DNA of 25,218 nucleotides, taken from a virus. The stretch's first letter is position 1; every line of letters starts with the position of its first letter. Shown here piece by piece: positions 12,386 through 20,456 of the stretch. The stretch is taken from positions 1-25,218 of IMG/VR virus record IMGVR_UViG_3300032038_000603; one strand, given 5' to 3'. The notes under the pieces are model-generated. The model made no database searches and was not told where the DNA came from. It saw nothing but the letters and a program-made list of their open reading frames with translations. A program made the translations under genes and the position numbers.

Positions 12386-12435
12386 TAGTTGCGGTTTAGG
12401 CCCGATCGGTTTGTTTGGATAAAGCGAACGGTTGT

Positions 12436-12464
12436 TTGATTTTCAAAAAAATTTTTTGTATAAT
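12436..12464 (+). promoter_or_regulatory. Near-consensus sigma70 promoter TTGATT-17-TATAAT
   Basis: TTGATT is at 12436-12441 and TATAAT at 12459-12464, with a 17-nt spacer. The first 21 nt are identical to 17476-17496. Confidence 0.7.
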
Positions 12465-12470
12465 AATAAT

Positions 12471-12695
12471 GAGAAAGCAAATAAAAACTCCTTTCATCTC
12501 ATAGAATATAAAAATAATTTCCTTTCTCAAAGGACAAATTCCTTTAAAAAACTTAACCTGATTTTTATTATTATATGAGAGCAAATGTGCTATTTTTTAA
12601 GAGCCAAATTTGTCTAAACATCTTTAAAAAGACATTGTGGTTATCTTCCTTTTAACTCCGGGGTTGAACTCTTTATGGGTTCAACTCTTTTTTTT
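12471..12695 (+). ncRNA. Candidate ~220-nt non-coding transcript (promoter to terminator; no ORF with an RBS; four CU-rich UCCUUU motifs)
   Basis: It is bounded by the 12436 promoter and the 12660-12695 terminator. Only unsupported mini-ORFs lie inside. CCTTT(C) motifs occur at about 12489, 12521, 12541 and 12643. Both ends are inferred. Confidence 0.4.
12660..12695 (+). terminator. Rho-independent terminator
   Basis: Stem GGGGTTGAAC pairs with GTTCAACTCT (7 Watson-Crick pairs plus G-U pairs) around a 9-nt loop. A run of T follows to 12695. Confidence 0.6.
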
Positions 12696-12815
12696 ATCTA
12701 AAAATTTTTCTAATTTTTTGGACAAAACTAATTTGGCGATCTTTTTCAATTTTCAAAATCTAATGAGGGGGAAGATTTTCTAAAAAATTTTTTTTTGAAA
12801 AGGAGAAAAAGACAA

Positions 12816-13316
12816 ATGTTAAAAGATATTAAAGGTTATGAAGGTTTATATGCTGTTACTGAAGAAGGACAGGTGTGGAGTTATAGAAAACAAAAGTTTT
12901 TAAAACCTTGGGATGATTCTCATGGTTATTTAAAAGTAGGATTAGTTGTAAATTATCATAAAGATCAAAGACGAGTACATAGATTGGTTTTAGAAACTTT
13001 TAATCCAGTAGAAGGAATGGAAAATCTTGAAGTTAATCATCTCGATGAAGATAAAACTAATAATAAATTAACCAATCTTTCTTGGAGCACTAGATTAGAA
13101 AATGTTAGACATGGCACTGGAATTCAAAGATCAGCACTTACAAGAAGTAAACCAGTAGCGCAATTAACTAAACAGGGAGAAATAATTGCAACTTACCCTT
13201 CTATTAGTGAAGCTGCTAGACAGACTGGGGCAAAAAAAGCAAGAATTTCAATGTGTTGTAATGGAAAAGCAATATCAACACACGGATATAAATGGAGGTT
13301 TATAGATGGAAAATAA
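12816..13316 (+). CDS. NUMOD4/HNH_3 homing endonuclease with a C-terminal helix-turn-helix (HTH, NUMOD1/IENR-like) motif
   Basis: AGGAG at 12801-12805 precedes ATG 12816 (the track starts at TTG 12795). The motifs are IKGYEGLYAVTEEGQVWS (NUMOD4), VHRLVLETF...VNHLDEDKTNNKLTNLSWSTRLEN (HNH) and YPSISEAARQTG...GYKWRF. Confidence 0.85.
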   Translation: MLKDIKGYEGLYAVTEEGQVWSYRKQKFLKPWDDSHGYLKVGLVVNYHKDQRRVHRLVLETFNPVEGMENLEVNHLDEDKTNNKLTNLSWSTRLENVRHGTGIQRSALTRSKPVAQLTKQGEIIATYPSISEAARQTGAKKARISMCCNGKAISTHGYKWRFIDGK

Positions 13317-13488
13317 ATATTTAAGAAAAACTCTTGGAATGAAATGCACACAAGAATTTTATGACATAGTTTGTGAATATGTCCAAGAGAGAGGGATGAC
13401 TGTCTCTAATTTAATTCGCAAGGCTCTTAAAGAAACTTATAATCTTGAAGAAAAAGCTGAAATTAAAAAAGGAAAGAAATCAAATTAA
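13306..13488 (+). CDS. Small ribbon-helix-helix (CopG/Arc-like) protein
   Basis: GGAGG lies upstream, and the start overlaps the HNH gene end. The beta-strand then helix pattern ends in MTVSNLIRKALKETY. Confidence 0.45.
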   Translation: MENKYLRKTLGMKCTQEFYDIVCEYVQERGMTVSNLIRKALKETYNLEEKAEIKKGKKSN

Positions 13489-13526
13489 TCAGAATAGAGC
13501 GGGCTAGGTTCTAAGCACTATTTGTC

Positions 13527-13555
13527 AGACACTGTAAGACTGTGTCTTTTTTTTT
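13527..13555 (+). terminator. Rho-independent terminator
   Basis: Stem AGACAC (13527-13532) pairs with GTGTCT (13542-13547), followed by a run of T. Confidence 0.55.
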
Positions 13556-13734
13556 CAGAAAAAATAATTTTTGATAAGTTGGACAAAGTTAATTAAAGTA
13601 AATGTCCTAATTTTTATATATAAAGAGCAGTTGGGGGAAGGGTCTATATCGGTCTTTTTAAACACTTCGCTTCGCTCGTGTTTAAAAATCCCTCTTTAAA
13701 AACTTTTCCTTAGCTCGCAACCAAAAGGAGAAGA

Positions 13735-14184
13735 ATGTATAATAAAAAAGTTTATAAAGCACAATTAGATGCTATAGAGGCTTCTGCTCCTGGAAAGTAT
13801 GATTGTGCAGGAATATATTCTATCTCTATTGGAGGGAAATTAGTTTATATAGGTAAGTCTAATGATGTAAAAACAAGAATTGCTTTTCATATAATGAACT
13901 TAACAGATCAATCAATAAGAGATTCTCACTCACACAAGTATGATGTAATAAGAGAGGCTGTTGGAAGAAAAATAATTGTTGAGTTTGACTTATTATACAA
14001 AGCTAAAGAGATAGATAAAGAAAAGATTCAAGAAGAAATTGGTATTAAAGAAGGAGAATTAATACGAAAATATATGCCTCCTTTAAATTATCAAATACCA
14101 AAAGAAAAAAATTATAAAAGATATACAGTACAAAAAACTGCAAAAACAATTACTTTAGATGAGATTATGGACGATTCTAAATAA
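13735..14184 (+). CDS. GIY-YIG nuclease (free-standing homing-endonuclease-like, catalytic domain only)
   Basis: AAGGAG lies upstream. The motifs are GIYSISIGGKLVYIGKSNDVKTRIAFH (GIY...YIG...R) and EGELIRKYMPPLNYQ (E...N). Confidence 0.8.
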   Translation: MYNKKVYKAQLDAIEASAPGKYDCAGIYSISIGGKLVYIGKSNDVKTRIAFHIMNLTDQSIRDSHSHKYDVIREAVGRKIIVEFDLLYKAKEIDKEKIQEEIGIKEGELIRKYMPPLNYQIPKEKNYKRYTVQKTAKTITLDEIMDDSK

Positions 14185-14244
14185 TTTCGCAGGATTTTTT
14201 TTTATTACTAAATGGAGACCAGTATTAACAAAGGAGGGTTGATT

Positions 14245-14610
14245 ATGACTAAGAAACACCAACTCTTTGCTGATACTTATTTGAGCAATGGTATGAATGC
14301 TAGACAAGCATATTTTACGGTTTATGGTACAAATCATACCAAAGACCCAACATACTGTTATGATTTGTTACGCAGGCCAGATATTAAAGAGTATATAGAA
14401 AAGCGTAGACAAGAAACTTATGAGGCTCTTAATATTGATGCTATGCGAGTAATGGAAGAGATTGCTATGATTGCGTTCGGAGAACCTGGTGAAAACCTTC
14501 CTTTGAACTCGAAGATAAAAGCTCTGGACCTGCTTAGCCGCAATCTTTCTTTACAAACTGTTAAAACAGAAAATAAAGATACGATTGAAGTTCAATTAGT
14601 GGAGGATTAA
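14245..14610 (+). CDS. terS: Terminase small subunit (Terminase_2-like)
   Basis: AAAGGAGGG precedes ATG 14245, whereas ATG 14212 has no RBS. The sequence KHQLFADTYLSNGMNARQAYFTVYG...LLRRPDIKEYIEKRR fits the family. The gene sits directly upstream of the large terminase. Confidence 0.8.
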   Translation: MTKKHQLFADTYLSNGMNARQAYFTVYGTNHTKDPTYCYDLLRRPDIKEYIEKRRQETYEALNIDAMRVMEEIAMIAFGEPGENLPLNSKIKALDLLSRNLSLQTVKTENKDTIEVQLVED

Positions 14611-14619
14611 GAGTTATTT

Positions 14620-14847
14620 ATGGATGAGATTAAAAAGCAAATAGAAGAGGTTTATAAAAAAGCTGGTGAAGCTGGTAATGAATTCTCCAAATGTTTAATG
14701 GATTTGAGAAGTATTGATTATCCAGTAGATCCAGATAACGAGGAGGAAGTTAAACTTGCTCTCGCTCTTGGAAGAGATATTGATATGAGAGTAGCGTTTC
14801 TTCTTCGTGCTCTCTTGGTGCAACACGGTAATGTATTGTTCCTATGA
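14620..14847 (+). CDS. Hypothetical 75-aa protein between the terminase subunits
   Basis: The ORF has an ATGA overlap with the terL start. I recognise no motif. Confidence 0.5.
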   Translation: MDEIKKQIEEVYKKAGEAGNEFSKCLMDLRSIDYPVDPDNEEEVKLALALGRDIDMRVAFLLRALLVQHGNVLFL

Positions 14848-16085
14848 GATTAAATATTCATAAAAACATATTTAATGAGTGCTATCTACCATACCTAGAA
14901 GATTTTAGCACTAGAATAATTGTTTTTTATGGCGGGGCTGGCTCTGGAAAGAGCTTTTTTATTGCCCAAAGATTAGTGTACAAAGCTCTAAAAGATACTA
15001 GAAAAATATTGGTGTTAAGAAAAGTAAATAGAACTACTAAAACTTCTACTTTTCAACTACTTTTAGATACTTTGGTACAATTTGGCATTGTGGATAAATG
15101 TAGAATTAATAGAACTGACTTTTCCATTACTTTACCTAATGGAAGTCAATTTCTTTGTATGGGGTTAGATGACCCTGAAAAAATTAAATCTATAACTGGA
15201 TTAACTGATGCTTGGCTTGAAGAAGCTACTGAGTTTACCCTTGACGATTTTTCACAGGTGAACTTAAGAATCAGAGATCCTAAGGCCGCAAACCAACAGA
15301 TAGTACTTTCTTTTAACCCAGTTTCAAAAGCTAATTGGTGTTATTTACAATTTTTTGCTGATAATCCTGATCTTTTGGAATTTAGAAAGTCAGTCACTGT
15401 GGTTCATACTAATTATCAAGATAATAGATTTTTACCTCAAGAGTACGTTGAATCATTATTACAAATGAAAAAAACCAATCCTGTCTATTATAAAATTTAT
15501 GCTCTTGGAGAGTTCGGTTCTCTTGATAAATTGGTTTATAACAATTGGCAAGTTATGGATTTTGATTCAGATAAATTAAAAGGTCAATCTATGTGCGGGC
15601 TGGACTTTGGGTATACCAATGACCCAACGGCTTTTGTGTATTCAGTGATGGTTCCAGAAGAACAAAGAATTTATGTTTGTAAAGAATGGGGCGGCACTGG
15701 TTATTTGAATGATGCTATTGCAGATCAAATTAGAGAAATGGGTTTTGCTAAAAGTATTATTATGGCCGATTCCGCCGAACAGAAATCTATAGACGAGATT
15801 AAAAGATCGGGCATAGACCGCATTAAACCTTGTGCAAAAGGAAAAGGTTCTATTTTACAGGGTATCCAAAAGGTGCAACAATATGAACTTATTGTGCATC
15901 CAAGTTGTAAAAAAGTGAAGGAGGAACTGGAGAACTACTCCTGGAAAAAAGATAAAAACACCAATGAATATATAAATGAGCCTGTTGATGATTTTAATCA
16001 CTATTTAGATGCTCTTAGATATTCTATGCAGTGCCTTGATGCGCGAGTACAACTAAAATCAATGAGTAAAGATTTATTGTTCTAA
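14844..16085 (+). CDS. terL: Terminase large subunit (PBSX/Terminase_3-like)
   Basis: Walker A is FYGGAGSGKSF. The length, position and a C-terminal nuclease-like region (DFGYTNDPTA...DDFNHYLDALRY) fit the family. Confidence 0.9.
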   Translation: MRLNIHKNIFNECYLPYLEDFSTRIIVFYGGAGSGKSFFIAQRLVYKALKDTRKILVLRKVNRTTKTSTFQLLLDTLVQFGIVDKCRINRTDFSITLPNGSQFLCMGLDDPEKIKSITGLTDAWLEEATEFTLDDFSQVNLRIRDPKAANQQIVLSFNPVSKANWCYLQFFADNPDLLEFRKSVTVVHTNYQDNRFLPQEYVESLLQMKKTNPVYYKIYALGEFGSLDKLVYNNWQVMDFDSDKLKGQSMCGLDFGYTNDPTAFVYSVMVPEEQRIYVCKEWGGTGYLNDAIADQIREMGFAKSIIMADSAEQKSIDEIKRSGIDRIKPCAKGKGSILQGIQKVQQYELIVHPSCKKVKEELENYSWKKDKNTNEYINEPVDDFNHYLDALRYSMQCLDARVQLKSMSKDLLF

Positions 16086-16099
16086 TAAGGAGGCTAAAA

Positions 16100-17479
16100 A
16101 TGATTACGCTCAATAGCGTTGATGAACTTACTGAAAGCGTCATCAAACGAATTGTTAATAATCATAGAATGACAGTCTTACCTCGATTACAAAAATTGGA
16201 TAGGTATTATTGCACTGAAAATAATATTAAAAACCGTGTTATGAACGATACTACCAAACCTAACAATAAAATAGCCAATGCTTATGCGAGCTATATTACA
16301 GATACTTTAGTGGGTTATTTTATTGGAGAGCCAATTACATATAATTGTCAAGATAAGACTTTGTTAGATAGTTTAAATATGATTTTTGAATATAATGATG
16401 AAGCTGACGAAAATTCTGAATTAGCAAAAGATGCTTCAATATATGGAGTAGCTTTTGAAGAACTGTATATAAGTGAAAATCAATTAAGGTTTAAAAGATT
16501 AAACCCGCAAGAAGTTATTCCTATCTATGATAAAACAATTGAGCAAAATTTAATTGCTATAATTAGATATTATGATGATTATAATTTTTATGAAGATAAA
16601 GATTATACAATTATTGAGATTATAGATTCTAAATCTGTCCGCAGATTTATGACAGGAAATAATATAACTGGAATGACTTCTTTTGTTCTTCTGGAAGAAT
16701 ATCCGCATTATTTTAATATGGTTCCAATAGCTATATATGAAAATAATGAAGATCAAACCGGAGACTTTGAAAAGGTAATTAGTTTGATTGATGCTTATGA
16801 CAAAATGGAATCTGATTCTCTTAATGATTTTGAATATTTTACAGATTGCTATTTAGCTCTTTATGGCTTTACTGCGGATGCTGATGATATTAAAGAGATG
16901 AAAGAAAAAAGAGTGCTTTTAATGGATGAAGGCACTAATGCGGAATGGTTAGTTAAACAGACCGATGATTCTACAATAGAGAATATGAAAACTAGATTAG
17001 ATGCAGATATTCATAAATTTGCAAAATGTCCTAATTTAGCTGATAAAGAATTCTCTTCTAACGCTTCTGGAGTTGCTATTAAATTTAAGCTTTTAGGTAC
17101 TGAAAATTTAGTATCTATAAAAGAAAGAAAATTTAAAAAAGGACTTCAAATGAGATTTGAATTAATAGCACAAATTAGTTCATTATTAGGTAGTCAATTT
17201 GATTGGAGAGATGTTGATATTATCTTTACAAGAAATATTCCTAGTAATATTACTGATATTGCTAATATGGTTAAATCTTTAGAGGGTATTGTTTCTGATG
17301 AAACATTACTTGCTCAAATTCCTTTTGTAGAAAATGTAGAAAGTGAATTAGATAAAGTAAAGAAGCAAAAAGAAGAGGAAAAAGAACTTTCACCTTTTTT
17401 CTTAGCTGATCCAGGTGGTTATAAAACTGCGGCCATGGAGAAGGAGCAAAAGGGTCAGTCTGAAGATGACGCAAGTTGA
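16100..17479 (+). CDS. Portal protein (SPP1 gp6-like)
   Basis: AAGGAGG lies upstream. NKIANAYASYITDTLVGYFIGEPITY is typical of SPP1-family portals. The gene sits after terL. Confidence 0.85.
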   Translation: MITLNSVDELTESVIKRIVNNHRMTVLPRLQKLDRYYCTENNIKNRVMNDTTKPNNKIANAYASYITDTLVGYFIGEPITYNCQDKTLLDSLNMIFEYNDEADENSELAKDASIYGVAFEELYISENQLRFKRLNPQEVIPIYDKTIEQNLIAIIRYYDDYNFYEDKDYTIIEIIDSKSVRRFMTGNNITGMTSFVLLEEYPHYFNMVPIAIYENNEDQTGDFEKVISLIDAYDKMESDSLNDFEYFTDCYLALYGFTADADDIKEMKEKRVLLMDEGTNAEWLVKQTDDSTIENMKTRLDADIHKFAKCPNLADKEFSSNASGVAIKFKLLGTENLVSIKERKFKKGLQMRFELIAQISSLLGSQFDWRDVDIIFTRNIPSNITDIANMVKSLEGIVSDETLLAQIPFVENVESELDKVKKQKEEEKELSPFFLADPGGYKTAAMEKEQKGQSEDDAS

Positions 17480-17504
17480 TTTTCAAAAAAATTTTTGATA
17501 AAAT
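17476..17504 (+). promoter_or_regulatory. Sigma70-like promoter TTGATT-17-TAAAAT, a 21-nt duplicate of the 12436 promoter
   Basis: TTGATTTTCAAAAAAATTTTT at 17476-17496 is identical to 12436-12456. It overlaps the portal stop codon. Confidence 0.6.
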
Positions 17505-17532
17505 TTTTATAGGAGGGTAGAAAGGATAAACA

Positions 17533-17775
17533 TTGAAAAGAAAAGCACAAATTGTAAAAAATGTAGACTTAGCCGCTAAAGCTATGAAACATTATGGGAT
17601 TGAAAAACAAGAAAACATGATGTGGATGTATGTGGGGTTATATTCTGGATTAAAATGGATTTTAGATAATCAAGACCCCTCTGATATTGCCGCAAGTTTG
17701 TTGGGAGAGAATGAAATTAAAACAGTGTTTCAAGATGAGGTGGTTAATTCTAAAAGACCACATTCGTGGGATTAA
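17533..17775 (+). CDS. Hypothetical 80-aa protein (moron-like insert between the portal and minor head genes)
   Basis: It uses a TTG start with AAAGGA 6 nt upstream. It has its own promoter, and hairpins follow at 17786-17802 and 17816-17851. Confidence 0.5.
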   Translation: MKRKAQIVKNVDLAAKAMKHYGIEKQENMMWMYVGLYSGLKWILDNQDPSDIAASLLGENEIKTVFQDEVVNSKRPHSWD

Positions 17776-17862
17776 TTTTGTAGGGATAGTCATTGCGACT
17801 ATTTTAAATATAGATAAAAGAGTCTATGGTTAATACTGTGGGCTCTTTTTTATGGAGGTATT

Positions 17863-18750
17863 ATGAATAAGTTCCGAGATTTAGAAGAGCCAACCGCAGA
17901 AATGCTTCTTTCTCTTCTGGAAGATGCATATGAAGATGAGGTGGTTATTGATAATCTTTTATATGATTTTTTCGAGGAGCTTGTTGATGATTTTGAAGAA
18001 TTATTTGATGAATTCGAAGAAGATGAAGATTTGATTTTGGGTGAGCCAACTAATTTGAGAGATCATCCTAGAGTTTATCAAGAAATCTTAAAACAAGAAA
18101 ATGAGTTGTGGGGAGTCCTTACGGGGGCAATAATGACAACTATGGTTTCATTAATTGGCAGTTCAATGCAGAGATCTTATAGAGAATCAATGATTAAAAC
18201 ATATCAATTATTTGAACCATATATTCCACAAGCTCGAATATTAGGAAAGGAAGTGCCTGTTCAAATAACAGATACTTATTTTACTAGTAATATTTTACCA
18301 ATTCCCTGGTGTCAAGATGGCAAAGTATATAGTCAAAGATTATATAGTCATGTGGCTCAATTCCAATCTAAACTTAATTTTATTTTAGAAAAAGGAATTA
18401 AAGAGGGTAAAGGATATGATTGGATGGTTGCTTCTTGGAGGAAATTAACTGGTTCATTGGCTTATGATGCAGCTAGATTAATTAAAACAGAAACGGTGGC
18501 TATGTGGTCACAAGCAACCAAGGCCGCATATTTGAATATGGGAATTGTTTACATAGAAATTGTAGGTGATGCTGCTTGCGGGCAAATTTGTACGAGTTAT
18601 GTTGGAGAAGTAATCCCATTAAGGGATGCAGAATTAGGAGATGAACTTCCACCATATCATCCAAATTGTGCTTGTAGCTATATAGCTTATGAAGAAGTAG
18701 CAGATGAAGAAATTGAAGTAGAAGTAGAATTAGAAATGGTAAATGATTAA
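17863..18750 (+). CDS. Minor head / head morphogenesis protein (SPP1 gp7 / Mu F-like)
   Basis: GGAGG lies upstream. The C-terminal LPPYHPNCACSY motif is typical of the family. The gene sits after the portal. Confidence 0.8.
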   Translation: MNKFRDLEEPTAEMLLSLLEDAYEDEVVIDNLLYDFFEELVDDFEELFDEFEEDEDLILGEPTNLRDHPRVYQEILKQENELWGVLTGAIMTTMVSLIGSSMQRSYRESMIKTYQLFEPYIPQARILGKEVPVQITDTYFTSNILPIPWCQDGKVYSQRLYSHVAQFQSKLNFILEKGIKEGKGYDWMVASWRKLTGSLAYDAARLIKTETVAMWSQATKAAYLNMGIVYIEIVGDAACGQICTSYVGEVIPLRDAELGDELPPYHPNCACSYIAYEEVADEEIEVEVELEMVND

Positions 18751-18845
18751 GGACAAGAATGATTTATCTTGCTCTTGTTATTTTCCAATTTAGTAGGAGA
18801 TGAACTCCTTTGAGGGCATCTTATTTAATTTAAGGAGGAAAATGT

Positions 18846-19424
18846 ATGGCAGAAGAAGTTAAGGGTTCTGTACAAGAAACTTCAACTCAAGAAGGGGAAG
18901 TAAAAAATGAGAAAACTTATACCGAATCAGAAGTCCAGGCTTTATTACAGTCCGAAGCTGATAGGAGAGTTTCTCAAGCTTTAAAAAAGCAACAGAAAGA
19001 ATTTGAAAATAAAATGGCGGAGGCTGAAAAGTTGAAGTCTATGGATGAAAGTCAAAGAAAAGATTATGAATATAATCAAAGACTCCAAGAATTAGAGCAA
19101 AGAGAAAAAGAATTCACCATAGCTCAAAATAAACTTGAAGCCACAAAAATTTTAGCTAAAAGAGAAATCCCAGTTGAGTTTGTTGATTATATTGTGGCTG
19201 ACGATGCTGAGACTATGATGGATAATATTACAACTTTTGAAAAAATGTTTAAGGCTGCAGTGGCTGATGAGGTTTCAAGAAAAATTTCTGCACCATCTCC
19301 AAAAACAGGAATGGTTCAACAAAAAGGTATGACACAAGAAGACTTTAAGAAATTAAGTATTTCACAAAGAGCCATGCTACAGCAGTCTAATCCTGAATTA
19401 TATAATCAATTAAGAACAAAATAA
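18846..19424 (+). CDS. Scaffolding protein
   Basis: AAGGAGG lies upstream. The protein is charged and coiled-coil-like (EADRRVSQALKKQQKEFENKMAEAEKLK...). It sits immediately upstream of the major capsid gene. Confidence 0.75.
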   Translation: MAEEVKGSVQETSTQEGEVKNEKTYTESEVQALLQSEADRRVSQALKKQQKEFENKMAEAEKLKSMDESQRKDYEYNQRLQELEQREKEFTIAQNKLEATKILAKREIPVEFVDYIVADDAETMMDNITTFEKMFKAAVADEVSRKISAPSPKTGMVQQKGMTQEDFKKLSISQRAMLQQSNPELYNQLRTK

Positions 19425-19438
19425 GGAGGCTATTAAAA

Positions 19439-20386
19439 ATGGCTAGTAATTATGATACACAAACTCTTCTTGTTTTTGATAACAAGATTTTAGAGGAAAA
19501 ACTTGAAGAGCAGCTTATTACTGCTCTTGATATGAATCAGTTTATTACTACTGATTATTCTCTTTCAGCACAGCCTGGAATGAAGATTGAAATTCATACT
19601 TATCATGGCTCTGGAGATGTAGAAGACCTCGATATGGGTGATGGAAACACTGGCGACATCGGTGCTTTCTATACAACTGAAGAGTATGAAGTAACTACAA
19701 CTCAAGGTAGAGTTCCTTACTTCGATGAGCAGCAAATGAATGATCCAACAGCTGTAGATAAAGCTATTGAGCATTTAAGTGAGCAGCTTACAAATGATAT
19801 TACAAAGAAAGTTGTTGGTGAACTTGATAAGGCTCCAAGAATTCAGTTTGGTTTTAAATTTGATTTTGATGGAATTGTTGAAGCTATTTCCGCACTCCCA
19901 AAAGAAAGAAACGAAGGTCTTTTCTTACTGATTGCTAGAAAAGATGTAGCTAAATATCAAAAAGCTCTTAAGAATCTTCTTTCTTATACAGAAGATTTTG
20001 TAAGAACTGGAGCAATCGGAGCTATTGCTGGTGTTCCACTTTTCCCAACAGATGCTGTTGCTTCTGGAGTAGCTTTCCTTGCTACAAGTGAAGCTGTTAC
20101 TTGCTTTGTTAAGAAGGGCGTTGAAATTGAACAGGAAAGAGACGCTAATAAGAGAAAGAACACTATTTATGGAAGAAATGTTAAGGTTATTGCTTTAACA
20201 AATGCTGATAAGGTTATGAAGCTTACTTCTGATGAAAATCCTTATAGCGAAGTTGATCCTGAAGGCCAAGGTTATTCTGCATCTAATCCAAAGACTTCTG
20301 GATGGTTTGAATTCGTAAATGGTATTTATGTTGCATCTGAAGATACTACTGTAGATACTGATAAGACATATTATTCAAAGGCTTAA
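19439..20386 (+). CDS. Major capsid protein
   Basis: AAGGAGG lies upstream and the protein is 315 aa. It sits after the scaffold gene and is followed by a strong terminator. Its codon choice looks like that of a highly expressed gene. Confidence 0.8.
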   Translation: MASNYDTQTLLVFDNKILEEKLEEQLITALDMNQFITTDYSLSAQPGMKIEIHTYHGSGDVEDLDMGDGNTGDIGAFYTTEEYEVTTTQGRVPYFDEQQMNDPTAVDKAIEHLSEQLTNDITKKVVGELDKAPRIQFGFKFDFDGIVEAISALPKERNEGLFLLIARKDVAKYQKALKNLLSYTEDFVRTGAIGAIAGVPLFPTDAVASGVAFLATSEAVTCFVKKGVEIEQERDANKRKNTIYGRNVKVIALTNADKVMKLTSDENPYSEVDPEGQGYSASNPKTSGWFEFVNGIYVASEDTTVDTDKTYYSKA

Positions 20387-20396
20387 TTAGATAACT

Positions 20397-20440
20397 AGGG
20401 CTTGCTTGTCTTAAAAGGGCAAGTCAAGCCCTATTTTTTG
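20397..20440 (+). terminator. Strong rho-independent terminator after the capsid gene
   Basis: Outer stem AGGGCTTG (20397-20404) pairs with CAAGCCCT (20425-20432), with an inner extension. ATTTTTTG follows. Confidence 0.8.
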
Positions 20441-20456
20441 TTTAAGGAGGATTTTA

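Noticed and set aside
12396-12584. Minus-strand 62-aa ORF in the switch region
   Set aside because: It uses a TTG start without an RBS, and the translation is hydrophobic and low-complexity. It lies antisense to a promoter/terminator-bounded unit.
14212-14244. Small terminase start at ATG 14212
   Set aside because: No RBS precedes it. ATG 14245 has AAAGGAGGG at the correct spacing.
18751-18845. Terminator between the minor head and scaffold genes
   Set aside because: Only short 5-bp hairpins are present (CAAGA/TCTTG and AGGAG/CTCCT), with no convincing T-run. This is too weak to call.
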